From NCBI GenBank assembly GCA_963813715.1, contig CAWFAK010000005.1, forward strand, positions 864,001 through 928,000: a stretch of 64,000 nt of DNA. Direction: 5' to 3'. The DNA is from an uncultured Planctomycetaceae bacterium. GTDB taxonomy: Bacteria > Planctomycetota > Planctomycetia > Planctomycetales > Planctomycetaceae. Positions 1-9,698 of the stretch are shown here, one piece after another (position 1 is the stretch's first letter; each line of letters begins with the position of its first letter). The notes beneath the pieces were generated by a model. That model was not told where the DNA came from, ran no database searches, and worked only from the letters and a program-made list of their open reading frames with translations. The translations under genes and the position numbers were made by a program.

Positions 1-709
1 CGACTCCGACGTCGATCGGGCCAAATTTCGCGATTGCCGCTTCGCCTTCATCGGCACCGAGAACTTGACGGGCGGTCGTGAGCTGGGCGTCTGCGCCAAG
101 GGGCTACGGCCGGCGGGCGGCGGCTATGTCACGTTTGTCGGCCACCCCGGCGCTCAGAATGCCATGGAGCGGATCAAGGGATTCGAAGAAGGTGCCGGGC
201 CGAAGTTCCAGGCGCTCGACCACATGGTCGACGACGTCGACCTGGCCCGGGCCCGCGACAACGTCCGCAACGCGATTCAAAACCATAAGGGGAAGCTGAC
301 GACCCTGGTCGGCATCTGGTCGTACAACGCGCCGGCGATCACCGACGTCGTCAAGGAAATGGGCAATCGCAACGACTTCACGATCGTCGCCTTCGACGCC
401 GAGCCGATTGCCATCGAGGAAATCGGCAAGGGGAACATCGACGCGATGGTCGTGCAGAACCCCTATCAGATGGGTTATCAGGGCGTCCACCTGATGGCGG
501 CCCTCTACGAGAACGATCAGAAGACGGTCAAGGAGCTGCTGCCTCATCATGGCGAGCCGAACGGCGACATCTATGACACCGGGCTGAAGGTCGTAGTTCC
601 CAACAGCCAATCGCCGCTCAAGCGGGAGATGTTTGGCCCCAAGACCGAGTTTCTTACGCTCGACATCTTCAAGGCCTGGCTGGACAAGTACCGCCTCAAG
701 GGATCGTAG
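1..709 (+). CDS. Sugar ABC transporter substrate-binding protein (RbsB-like), 5' truncated by window edge
   Basis: Motifs FIGTENLTGG, ERIKGF, IVAFD, MVVQNPYQMGY; directly upstream of permease and ATPase genes. Confidence 0.85.
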   Translation, partial: DSDVDRAKFRDCRFAFIGTENLTGGRELGVCAKGLRPAGGGYVTFVGHPGAQNAMERIKGFEEGAGPKFQALDHMVDDVDLARARDNVRNAIQNHKGKLTTLVGIWSYNAPAITDVVKEMGNRNDFTIVAFDAEPIAIEEIGKGNIDAMVVQNPYQMGYQGVHLMAALYENDQKTVKELLPHHGEPNGDIYDTGLKVVVPNSQSPLKREMFGPKTEFLTLDIFKAWLDKYRLKGS

Positions 710-714
710 GACTC

Positions 715-2347
715 ATGGTCGATCCCTCCGCGGGCGATCGCGACCCGCTGCGCTTTCCTGCGCCGACACGAGACGGCTCTGTTCCTGGCACTGTTGCTGG
801 TGGTCGGTCTGACCACGCTGTTCGACTCGCAGCACAACTATTGGCACAGTCCCTGGACCAACGGCACCCTGCTCTTGCGGCAGACGTCGCTCCTCGGCAT
901 TTTCGCGCTGGGGTCGGCGGTCGTCATCATCGCCGGGGGGATCGATCTCTCGTCGGGGGCGGTGATTTGCTTCAGCGGCACCATCTGCGCATCGCTGTTG
1001 TTGCTGCTGGCCCCCGATCGCATGCGGGGGGGCGAAGCGCTGATTGGATTGCCCGTCATTGCGGCGGCCATCGTCGGCACGCTGATCATCGGATTCTTGA
1101 TCGGCAGCCTGCACGCCTGGCTGATCACCGTCGTGCGGCTGCCGCCCTTCATCGCGACGCTGGCGACATTGGTGGGCCTCAGAAGTTTTGCCTGGGCCAT
1201 CTGCGGGAGCGTGACCCGGGTGAGTCTGGGCGCGAGTAGCAGCCAAATTCAGGTGTTCGATCCGCGGTTTCGGTACCTGGCGACCTCGATCTGGATTCCG
1301 GCGGTCATTTTTGTGGTGCTGGCGATCGGATCGTGGGTGATGCTCAGTCGGACGGTGCTGGGGCGTCACCTGTATGCGCTCGGCGGCAACGAAGAAGCGG
1401 CCCGGCTCAGCGGCGTGCGGACCGATCGGCTCAAGTGGTTCGCGTACTGCTTCAGTGCCGTGCTCTCGTCGATCACGGGCATCCTTTACATCTGTGAAGT
1501 GAGTGTGGCCGACCCGCAGTCGCTCGGCATGGGCTATGAGCTCAATGCGATTGCCGCGTCCGTCGTCGGCGGCTGCAGCCTGCAGGGGGGCGTCGGCTCG
1601 ATCGAAGGGACCGTCCTGGGGACGATCTTTCTGCGGGCCGTCATCGACGGCGTGGCCAAAGTGATCAAGGTGCAATCGAAGGTTTACGAAGGGCTGATTG
1701 TCGGCGTCGTTGTCGTGTTGGCCGTCGCCCTCAGCGAGACGGCTCGCTTTCGGGGTCGCAAAGGCTTTTTCGACGGCGCGCTGGGCTTGGTGGCGGCCGT
1801 CAATCTCTCGCTGTTTGCCGGCGTGATGGCCGCGCTCGTCGGGCCGACATTGGGTGAAGGCTGGACCACGCTCAACGGAACGGTCCTGGGAATGTGGACG
1901 GCCGGCTCGCTGTTCGCGCTGTTGCTCTTTGTCCGCAGCGGACTGTTGGGAAGCCAACGCCGGGTCGGCGCCGTGATCCTGGGAGTTGCCGTCATCGCCA
2001 GCTATTTTTCCCTCGACCGGGGCCTGCCCGCCTACCAGCTGCACGCGGCGACGGCGGCCGTGAATAACGCCGGCGGAAAGATCAACACCGCAGACAACGG
2101 CGGCGTGCGCGTTGATTTCAGCGGCACGGACCTCGACGACGCGGCCCTCAAGCGGCTGGCCGACTCGCTCTCGTCGCTGCATGTCGCGGACCTGTCTCTG
2201 GTGGGCACGAGCGTCAGCGACGACGGCTTGGACGCGCTCAGCACGCTGACCTCGCTAAAACGCATCGACTTGAGGCAGACTCGGGTGACCCGCGCGGGCA
2301 CTCGCGGACTGGGCCGCGCCTTGCCGGACGTCGACATCACCCAGTGA
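715..2347 (+). CDS. Sugar ABC permease (RbsC-like) with extra TM helices and a C-terminal leucine-rich-repeat domain; probable frameshift near the 5' end
   Basis: IIAGGIDLS, PPFIATL, GRHLYALGGNEEAARLSGV, YELNAIAASVVGG; C-terminal LSLVGTSVSDDGL/IDLRQTRVT repeats. ATG 715 is out of frame with the main ORF 794-2347. Confidence 0.85.
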
Positions 2348-2380
2348 AACGAGAATCATGACACGGTGAAACTGGAAACC

Positions 2381-3906
2381 ATGCCGGCCGACGCCCCGCT
2401 GATCTCGATCGAAAACGTGACGAAACGCTTCCCCGGCGTGGTCGCGCTCGACGGCGTTTCGTTCGACGTGCGGGCCGGCGAGTTCCACGCGGTGGTCGGC
2501 GAGAACGGGGCGGGCAAGAGCACGCTGATGAAGATCCTGTCCGGCGTCATTCCCGACTATGAGGGGACGCTGCGGATCAACGGCGCAGGAGGTCCATTTT
2601 GCCAACACGCGCAAGGCCGAGGCCGCCGGCATCTCCATCATTCACCAGGAATTGAATCTGGTCGAAGACTTGTCGGCCGCGGCCAACGTCTTTTTGGGAC
2701 GCGAACGCCGCACGGCCTTGGGCCTGTTGGACGACCGGGCCATGCAGCGGGCGGCCGCGACGCTGTTTGCCGAGCTGGAGTGCAATATCCGCCCCGACCT
2801 GCCGGTGCGCCGGCTCCGCGTCGGCGACCAGCAACTGGTCGAGATCGCCAAGGCCCTGTCGCAGGACGCGTCGATCTTGATCATGGACGAGCCGACGAGT
2901 GCGCTCACGGAGTCGGAAGTCGAGCGGCTGTTCCGCATCATCGAGCGGCTGCTTGGCCCGCGGCGTGACGATCGTCTACATCTCGCACAAGCTCGACGAA
3001 GTCTTCCGCCGCTCGGATCGGATCACCGTGCTCCGCGACGGCAAGCACGTCCGCACGCAGGCTCGCAGCGAAACCAGCCCGCGCGAACTGACGCATTTGA
3101 TGGTCGGTCGGGAGATCAGCAGCTTTCGTCATGCCGAGGGACGCACGGCCGGCCCGGTGGTGCTGGAGGTCGACTCACTCTCACTGCCCTGGACCGGCCA
3201 CGCGCGATCGTGGCGGCTGCGGAACGTCAGCTTTACGTTGCGGCGGGGCGAAGTCCTGGGCGTCGCCGGATTGATGGGGGCCGGTCGCACCGAGCTCTTG
3301 GAATGCCTGTTCGGCACGTCGCCCGAGCCGCCCGTCGGCCGGATCGTGCTCGACGGCAAGCAGGTCCACTTCGGCTCACCGGCCGACGCCAAGCGGGCCG
3401 GCGTGGCTCTGGTCACCGAGGACCGCAAGCGGCTGGGACTCTTTCCCCAGATGAACGTTCGCGAAAACATCACTGTCTGCATGCTTGAGGAAGCGGCGAC
3501 GGCCACGCTGATCTCCGCCCGCAAAGAGCGGCACGCTGCCCGCGAGTCGATCGATCTGTTGAGCATCAAAACTCCGGGGACCGAGGTCGCCATCACCGGC
3601 CTCAGCGGCGGCAACCAGCAGAAGGCGATCATCGCCCGCTGGCTCCGCACGCGGCCCAAAGTGTTGTTGCTCGACGACCCGACCCGCGGCGTCGACGTCG
3701 GCGCCAAGGCCGAACTGTATCGCGTGATCGATCGGCTGTGCCGCGACGGGCTGGGAATCGTCGTCACGTCGAGCGAGCTGCCCGAGCTGATCACGCTCTG
3801 CGACCGGATCCTGGTCCTCTGCGAGGGACGTCTCACCGGCACGTTCGCCCGCGGCCAGTTCACCGAGCAAGCGCTGATGGAAGCCGCCACGCGACGCGAG
3901 GCGTAA
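2381..3906 (+). CDS. Sugar ABC transporter ATP-binding protein (RbsA-like, two NBDs); frameshifts at ~2585 and ~2953
   Basis: [45 protein letters not shown] distributed over three ORF-track frames. Confidence 0.9.
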
Positions 3907-3973
3907 GGGCAGGCGACATCGCGCCCGGCCGTTCACGGCCCGCAGTCCACGCTCTGCTGAGTCACCGATCGCC

Positions 3974-4804
3974 TTAGCGGTGCTTCGACGTTTGGCTCAT
4001 CAGCAGCGATCGCTGGTAATCCTGAAAGCTGACTTTCTTCAGCTCGTGACGGGAGATCATCCCGTCCCACTGACGGACGAGCTCGCGATCGCGCTCGTTG
4101 AGTTCCCAATAGATGTGGTGTTGGGCCCGCACGCTTGGCGACTCGCCGCCGGCGATCGTGAAGCTGACGTCGACCGGAACCAGCTTCGCTTCGCGCAAGG
4201 CCGCATCGAGGGCCAGCCGCTGCTCGGGCAGAATGGCTCCGGGTTGCAGAATGTAGTTCAGCCGCACGATCCAGTCGGCATAGTTCAAGTAGGCGAACGC
4301 GTGGGTCGGCGTGGGGGCGGGCGCGGCCAGCACCGTGTAACCGAAGAACTTGCTCTTCAAATCAATTTGCGGCCCGGCGTTGGTCTGCGTGATCGACTTT
4401 TCGAACTGCGGGTTGAACTGAAAGAGGATCTGCTCGATCGCGCTTTCGTTCGGTTTGGCTTCGGCCTGCAGCACCTGCAAGTGGTCGTTGAGCGCCCGCC
4501 GAGCGAGGTCGAGCATGCGATTGACTTCGTCCATGTGGACCTCGGTCATCCGCCGCTGCCGCGTGTTCATCAGCGTGAACTGCCCGTGGGCCGCATCGAA
4601 GATGATCAGCTCGCCCAGATGGGGAATGAAGTCGTACGTTTTGCCCGCGTGAAACAGCGTGATGCTCTGCATCAGCTCGCGCGGCTCGCCGCGGCCGACT
4701 GCATAGAGCGTCGTTTCAACGTGGAAGTCCTGGGCCGTCGCGGTCGCCGGGAACAACAAACTGGCTGCGAGAACTCCGCAAGCGAAAGTGAGCGAGACAC
4801 GCAT
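3974..4804 (-). CDS. Secreted hypothetical protein
   Basis: 276-aa ORF with Sec-type signal peptide (…ATATAQ|DF); no family recognised. Confidence 0.75.
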   Translation of the reverse strand: MRVSLTFACGVLAASLLFPATATAQDFHVETTLYAVGRGEPRELMQSITLFHAGKTYDFIPHLGELIIFDAAHGQFTLMNTRQRRMTEVHMDEVNRMLDLARRALNDHLQVLQAEAKPNESAIEQILFQFNPQFEKSITQTNAGPQIDLKSKFFGYTVLAAPAPTPTHAFAYLNYADWIVRLNYILQPGAILPEQRLALDAALREAKLVPVDVSFTIAGGESPSVRAQHHIYWELNERDRELVRQWDGMISRHELKKVSFQDYQRSLLMSQTSKHR

Positions 4805-5027
4805 GGCGATCGATCCTTCCAGCAGGTCGGTGGGAACGGGCTCGCGCCGGAGTCGGGGCGGCAGTCGGCAGCCGGACGTGATTTGATAGGGGGAGGAGGA
4901 GAGGTGTGGACTCGGACGTTACCCGCGCCCCCCGCGGCCAACAAGCCGATTCGGCCGGAATTCGGCTCGCGGGAAGGGCTACTCTCAGCCGCAGGACAAA
5001 GACCGGCAGACCCTGCCGATCGGCGGC

Positions 5028-6107
5028 CTATTTGGCAGTCGGATTGCCAGATAAGGGTGAAGATGATGCCGCGCTGTGGCGGCCGGCCAGTTGTTCGCCC
5101 AGCTCGCGGCCGTAGGCGAAGAGCGCGGGCGTGCCTCCGGTGTGGACGAACACAACCTTGTGCTGCGACGTCAGCCGGCCGCGGCGCACGTCGTCCAAAA
5201 GCGCGCACATGGCCTTGCCCGTATAGACCGGGTCGAGCAACAGGCCCTCGGTGCGAGCCAGCAGGCTGATGGCGTTGAAGGTCGCCTCCGTCAGTTTGCC
5301 ATAGCCGGGGGCAATGTAATCGAGCGTGATGTCGATGTCCGCGGGCGTGAGCCGTGTTTTTAATCCCAATCGCTCGCCCGCTTGGTTGGCGATCTGCGCC
5401 ATGTCGGTCGGAATGTCCCACTCCCAGCGCACGTAGGCCACGTTCCGCACCGGGAACTCTTGGCCGAGCGACCGGCAGCCGAGCGTCAGGCCGGCCCCCG
5501 TCGAGCCGGAGGAGGAGACGTAGATCGCATCGGGCACGAAACCTTCGGCCGCCGACTGCTCGACAATTTCGGCCGCACACTCGACGTAGCTGATGGCCGC
5601 CAAGGGCGTGACGATGGTGCGGTCCCAGCGAAAGACCTTGCGCCCCTGAGCGTGGAAGCGGTCGGCCGCCTCGATGATCTGGCGGTTGAGGTCCTTGCCC
5701 ATGCCGCCGTCGACGATCTCGTAGCTCGCGCCGAACAGGTTGTCGAGCAGGAAATTCCCCTCGAGCGCGACCGGACCGGCTTTCGAGTCCCGCGTGAGCA
5801 CGAGGTGACAGTCGAGCCCCGCTTTGGCACAGGCGGCCGCCGTCTGTCGGCAATTGTTGCTCTGCACCAGTCCGCCCCAAACGAACAGGTCGGCCCCGCG
5901 CCTCAGGGCCTCGGCCATCACGAACTCGTTGTGCCGCGCCTTGTTGCCGCCGATCGCCAGGCCCGTGCAGTCGTCCCGCTTCATGAAGATGGCGGGGCCG
6001 CCGACCGCCTTCGAAAAGCGGGGCAGGTGCTCGAGCGGCGTCGGCCGGTGGGCGAGCCGATAGCGGGGCTGCTGATCGATGTGCTGGCGGAGTTCTGTGA
6101 CATCCAT
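5028..6107 (-). CDS. PLP-dependent D-cysteine desulfhydrase family protein
   Basis: KRDD, GGNKAR, QSN, SGSTGAG, LDPVYTGK, VHTGG. Thr in DPVYTGK and HTGG matches D-Cys desulfhydrase type rather than ACC deaminase (DPVYEGK/HLGG). Confidence 0.85.
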   Translation of the reverse strand: MDVTELRQHIDQQPRYRLAHRPTPLEHLPRFSKAVGGPAIFMKRDDCTGLAIGGNKARHNEFVMAEALRRGADLFVWGGLVQSNNCRQTAAACAKAGLDCHLVLTRDSKAGPVALEGNFLLDNLFGASYEIVDGGMGKDLNRQIIEAADRFHAQGRKVFRWDRTIVTPLAAISYVECAAEIVEQSAAEGFVPDAIYVSSSGSTGAGLTLGCRSLGQEFPVRNVAYVRWEWDIPTDMAQIANQAGERLGLKTRLTPADIDITLDYIAPGYGKLTEATFNAISLLARTEGLLLDPVYTGKAMCALLDDVRRGRLTSQHKVVFVHTGGTPALFAYGRELGEQLAGRHSAASSSPLSGNPTAK

Positions 6108-6144
6108 GACGGCGCAACCCTCCGCGAAGTGCTTCGGTGGGACA

Positions 6145-6246
6145 GTCCGGACCAGTCACGAAAGTGTCCGGACCAACGAGTCCGGACCAGACTAACGAGT
6201 CCGGACCTGACCAGTCCGGACCAGACTAACGAGTCCGGACCTGACC
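6145..6246. repeat. Cluster of six GTCCGGAC palindromes including a perfect 2x34-bp tandem repeat
   Basis: GTCCGGAC at 6145, 6166, 6180, 6199, 6214, 6233; agtccggaccagactaacgagtccggacctgacc at 6179-6212 and 6213-6246. Confidence 0.9.
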
Positions 6247-6424
6247 GGACCGACCCGTCCGGTTCTCACGTTGTACAAGATCTGGACACCCGAGGGTTAG
6301 GATGGCCGTCGCGCGGCGGGGATCTTTTTGGTCTCCTTTCGTGCGGGTGGGAGTGAGTGGAATTCAATCCCGTCCCAACCTGGACGTCCCGTCCCGAGCA
6401 TTCGGCTAAGTCCCAGCGGATTTC

Positions 6425-6506
6425 TCACCACAAAGCCACGAAGGCACTAAGTTCAGACGCAGCAAATCGTTCTGCCTTTGTTGGTGCCTTCGTGTCTTCG
6501 TGATGA
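6425..6506. repeat. Imperfect inverted repeat built from 9-mer (cacgaag-like) units
   Basis: tcaccacaaagccacgaaggcactaa (from 6425) versus reverse complement of 6481-6506 tcatcacgaagacacgaaggcaccaa. Confidence 0.8.
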
Positions 6507-6646
6507 ATGTCTCCGATGCTTGTTGTCCCGGGTGCGTCCCGATCAATCCCGTCCCGATACTTCTGTCCTGTCCCGTGTCCCGACCCACTGGTCCCGCGTT
6601 CGTGTCCCGTCCCGGCTTGCCGGGGATCTTTCGCCTCCCTTAGTGA

Positions 6647-6679
6647 AAAAGGATCCCCACCACCGGCGGGGATCCTTTT
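6647..6679. repeat. Perfect 12-bp inverted repeat (REP- or bidirectional terminator-like)
   Basis: AAAAGGATCCCC (6647-6658) / GGGGATCCTTTT (6668-6679); further GGGGATC half-sites at ~6318, 6622, 6690. Confidence 0.75.
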
Positions 6680-7048
6680 CGTTCCCGCCGGGGATCCTTG
6701 CCCCCACCGGACAGTTTCAAACCACAGCCGCCCTGCGACGCACCCATGCGAAGTGTCCGGACCTGACTGGTTGTCCGCTTCGCGCACGTGTCCCGTCCCG
6801 GTCTCCGGGGGGTGGGTCACCAATTCCGTGGGTCAACTTCGTAGTGAAACAAAGTGTCCCGACCCCACCCACCGGACAGTTTCTGGTCACTTAGCCGCTA
6901 GGCTATTCCTCCGAAAAATCGCCCGACCTTCGCGGACTGCCTCCGCGTCTGCGCAGGACGGACCAGTTCATCCTACCGGCACTCGCCGCCGATAGCGTTT
7001 CTACGGCGACTCGAAAACTTCTTCGCCGCCGGCGTCCGGACGAAACGA

Positions 7049-7099
7049 TTATCGCGGCACGATCCAGATTATTGCGGAACAGGACCGGTTGCCGTGGTC
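7049..7099 (-). repeat. Degenerate copy of the last 51 nt of the DUF1080 gene (att-like direct repeat, left copy)
   Basis: ttatcgcggcacgatccagattattgcggaacaggaccggttgccgtggtc versus 10467-10517: 2 substitutions, 2 indels, stop codon included. Confidence 0.9.
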
Positions 7100-7547
7100 C
7101 GCTCGCGCAGGCCTCCAGGTAACGCTTTTTCGAGACCTTGTTATCGTTGATCCAGTACAACTCGAATCCCTCCTTGCGCTCCGCATCTAAATAACATCGT
7201 TGGCGACCCGTCATTTGGCCGCCAATCATCGATATCTCGCCGAGGAACTCCCATTCCGAGTCTCTACCCAATGACCAGATGTGCGAGACACCCGTCCCCT
7301 TCTTCATTTCAAATTCATCGAGCAGTTTGCCATTTGCGTCCCAGATTCGGTGGACGCCATCATATACGCCGTCATGCACGGAGAACTCTTCGGCCAGCAC
7401 ACCATTTGGGTGCCACCTCCGGCTCATCCCTTCGATCGCGCCCCTCTCGTGCCGGAGAATCGCCTCGGACTCGATCGCACCATTATCGTGATACCGCCGA
7501 AATAGAATTCGTCCACCCTCTAGGAGGATGCGCTCGACTCTGCTCAT
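7100..7547 (-). pseudogene. YwqK/MORN-variant repeat (antitoxin/immunity-like) protein, apparently truncated at the repeat junction
   Basis: Repeats YHDNG, WHPNG, WDANG; ORF runs from ...RYLEACAS straight into the duplicated DUF1080 tail. Low GC (27 and 29 G+C per 60 nt in the lines starting 7141 and 7261). Confidence 0.6.
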
Positions 7548-7553
7548 GGAAAT

Positions 7554-7635
7554 CTAGTGTAGTGTCTCAGGCAGCTGGGATCTTATTCAGAGCAGCTCTA
7601 GCACGGCGGACTTTGTCGAGGATCTCTTCGGCTTT
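7554..7635 (-). mobile_element. IS630-family-like transposase 3' end and terminal inverted repeat remnant
   Basis: Minus strand reads KAEEILDKVRRARAALNKIPAA* followed by GACACTACACTAG, resembling IS630 C-termini and ends as I recall them; ends at CTAG. Confidence 0.6.
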
Positions 7636-7697
7636 AGGGAGAAATAAAAGGCGAAATAACGGGGACGTGAGTCGACCGTCCGATTCCTGCACGTCGC

Positions 7698-7737
7698 TTG
7701 AATCGCGGGTTGAAACTATATATGCTTACGCAGATAT
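7698..7737 (+). promoter_or_regulatory. Sigma70-like arsR promoter with overlapping palindromic operator
   Basis: TTGAAT (7698-7703)-17 nt-TATGCT (7721-7726); imperfect palindrome ATATATGCTTACGCAGATAT (7718-7737) overlapping the -10 and the ATG. Confidence 0.7.
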
Positions 7738-8095
7738 GAAAACGCCGCTGGCCCGCGCCCGCCCCGTCGACCGCATGTTTCGGGCATTTTCCGATCGGAC
7801 CCGTCTGCGGATCCTCCATCTGCTGTTGCCGGGCGAGTTGTGCGTTTGCCACATCGTCGACGTGCTCGATTGCTCGCAGCCCAAGGTCTCGCGGCACCTG
7901 GCGTATTTGCGAAAATCCGGGTTGGTGCTCGCGCGGAAAGAGGGTTTGTGGAACTATTACCGCCTGGCGCCGGCGCAGGGCGACTTTCATGAAAAGCTGC
8001 TGCAGTGCTTGGGCAGCTGCTTCGCCGAAGTGCCCGAGCTGACGCAGGATGCCCAACGGCTCAAGAAGAGCATCGCGAGCTGGTGTTGCGGATGA
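7736..8095 (+). CDS. arsR: ArsR/SmtB family repressor
   Basis: FRAFSDRTRLRIL, ELCVCHI, SQPKVSRHLAYLR, C-terminal CC; directly upstream of arsM. Confidence 0.92.
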   Translation: MKTPLARARPVDRMFRAFSDRTRLRILHLLLPGELCVCHIVDVLDCSQPKVSRHLAYLRKSGLVLARKEGLWNYYRLAPAQGDFHEKLLQCLGSCFAEVPELTQDAQRLKKSIASWCCG

Positions 8096-8130
8096 GGGGC
8101 TGTTGCGGCTGAGCTTTTTTGTCCCGACTG

Positions 8131-8149
8131 TATGCGTTTAGGCAGATAT
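8131..8149 (+). promoter_or_regulatory. Second putative ArsR operator upstream of arsM
   Basis: TATGCGTTTAGGCAGATAT matches 7719-7737 TATATGCTTACGCAGATAT at 15/19 positions. Confidence 0.6.
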
Positions 8150-8181
8150 AGTTGGCCCGATTTGAAGCGAGGGTTCTCCGC

Positions 8182-9078
8182 ATGTCCGATCACATTCAGA
8201 AAATCGTCCAATCGAGATACGGCGCGGTGGCCCAAAGCGGGCTCTCCAGCGATCGGGACGATGTGCGCCAGGTGGCAGCCGCGTTCGGGTACACCGCCGA
8301 CGAGCTGCGCTCGATTCCGGCCGATGCCAACATGGGGCTGTCGTGCGGCAATCCCATCGCCTCGGCCAGTCTGAAGCCCGGCGAGGTTGTGGTCGATCTG
8401 GGATCGGGGGGCGGACTCGACGTGTTTCTGGCAGCGCAGAAGGTCGGACCGACGGGTCGCGCCATCGGCATCGACATGACCGAGGAGATGATCGAACTCG
8501 CGCGACGCAACGCAATCAAGGCCGGAGACGGAAAACCGCCGGCCAACGTCGAATTTCATCTGGCCATGATTGACGATCTGCCTCTCCCGTCCGATTCGGT
8601 CGACTGCGTCATCAGCAATTGCGTGATCAACCTGGCCGCGGACAAGCATGCGGTCTTTCGGGAAATGGCGCGAGTGCTCAAGCCGGGCGGACGCCTGGCC
8701 ATCAGCGATATTGCGCTTAAAAAAGCGATCCCACCGGAGGTCGGTCAGGACATCTTGGCCTACGTCGGCTGCGTGGCGGGCGCGATTCCGATTGAGGAAT
8801 ACAAGCAGGGATTGATTAGTTCCGGATTAACTGCTGTCGAGATTGTTGACACGGGCGCCGATCTCAACGTCTATTCCAAGATCGAGGGGCAGTCCGCCTG
8901 TTGCACGCCGAGCGCTCACGATCAAGGGGGGTGCTGCGGGTCGGCAGTCTCCAGCGATTTACCGGTCCTCTCACAGTCCACGCCCGATTTCCACAACCGC
9001 CTGACAGAGCTGCTGCGCAAGTACGACGTCAACGACTTCGCGGCCAGCGTCAAAGTTTTCGCCGTCAAGCCGCGCTAA
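8182..9078 (+). CDS. arsM: Arsenite S-adenosylmethionine methyltransferase
   Basis: [42 protein letters not shown]; Cys-pair-rich C-terminus. Confidence 0.93.
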   Translation: MSDHIQKIVQSRYGAVAQSGLSSDRDDVRQVAAAFGYTADELRSIPADANMGLSCGNPIASASLKPGEVVVDLGSGGGLDVFLAAQKVGPTGRAIGIDMTEEMIELARRNAIKAGDGKPPANVEFHLAMIDDLPLPSDSVDCVISNCVINLAADKHAVFREMARVLKPGGRLAISDIALKKAIPPEVGQDILAYVGCVAGAIPIEEYKQGLISSGLTAVEIVDTGADLNVYSKIEGQSACCTPSAHDQGGCCGSAVSSDLPVLSQSTPDFHNRLTELLRKYDVNDFAASVKVFAVKPR

Positions 9079-9166
9079 ACCTCGACTTCGACTGCACCGG
9101 GTGACAAAGCACTGAGGGGGACCTTGCCGTTTGTCTAAGGGACTGACCCTAAACTTCGGTGCACGC

Positions 9167-9634
9167 ATGAACGCACAAGCCGTGTTGCGGCCGCTGACCC
9201 GACACCTCCGCCGCGAAGACTACGCAAGCGCGGTGTTGCTCGCAAACAACGAGCTGTTGGAAGGTCGTTTGGATCGCGCGTCGCTCATTGCCGATGCACT
9301 CGATCAGTGGGAGTCTGCTCCAACACGCTCAAAGCGCATGGGGGAGCATGCGTTCTGCTTTCGCAGCGTGTACCGTTCGATGCTTTTTGAAGGCTTCCTG
9401 CGGCGGGCGATCGGCGCGCTGATTGACGAGGGCCCGATATCGCTTACCGCGATTGAGAGACCGGCTCCGGGGCAAAATCGCGTCATCGCGCTGCAGCTTC
9501 GCCTTTGCGGAATGACGGCGCAGGAACTCGATGATTGGCTCGAGCGCCAGTGGGATCGCACACGGCAGGTGACGCAACAATGGGCTGCTCCAAAGCACAA
9601 CAGAGGCGCCTGTCCGATGACGGCACGAAATTGA
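9167..9634 (+). CDS. Hypothetical protein within the ars cluster
   Basis: ~155-aa ORF co-oriented between arsM and the arsC-like gene; no family recognised. Confidence 0.55.
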   Translation: MNAQAVLRPLTRHLRREDYASAVLLANNELLEGRLDRASLIADALDQWESAPTRSKRMGEHAFCFRSVYRSMLFEGFLRRAIGALIDEGPISLTAIERPAPGQNRVIALQLRLCGMTAQELDDWLERQWDRTRQVTQQWAAPKHNRGACPMTARN

Positions 9635-9698
9635 CGAGCGAGTTGGAGTGAGTCGACTACAAGAGTGAGTCGAATACGAACGGAACAAGGAATCACTT

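Noticed and set aside
5028..6107. ACC deaminase (acdS)
   Set aside because: The diagnostic Glu and Leu positions are both Thr (DPVYTGK, HTGG).
6145..6246. CRISPR array
   Set aside because: Repeat core is only 8-10 bp, spacers are 6-13 bp and themselves repeated, and no cas genes are present.
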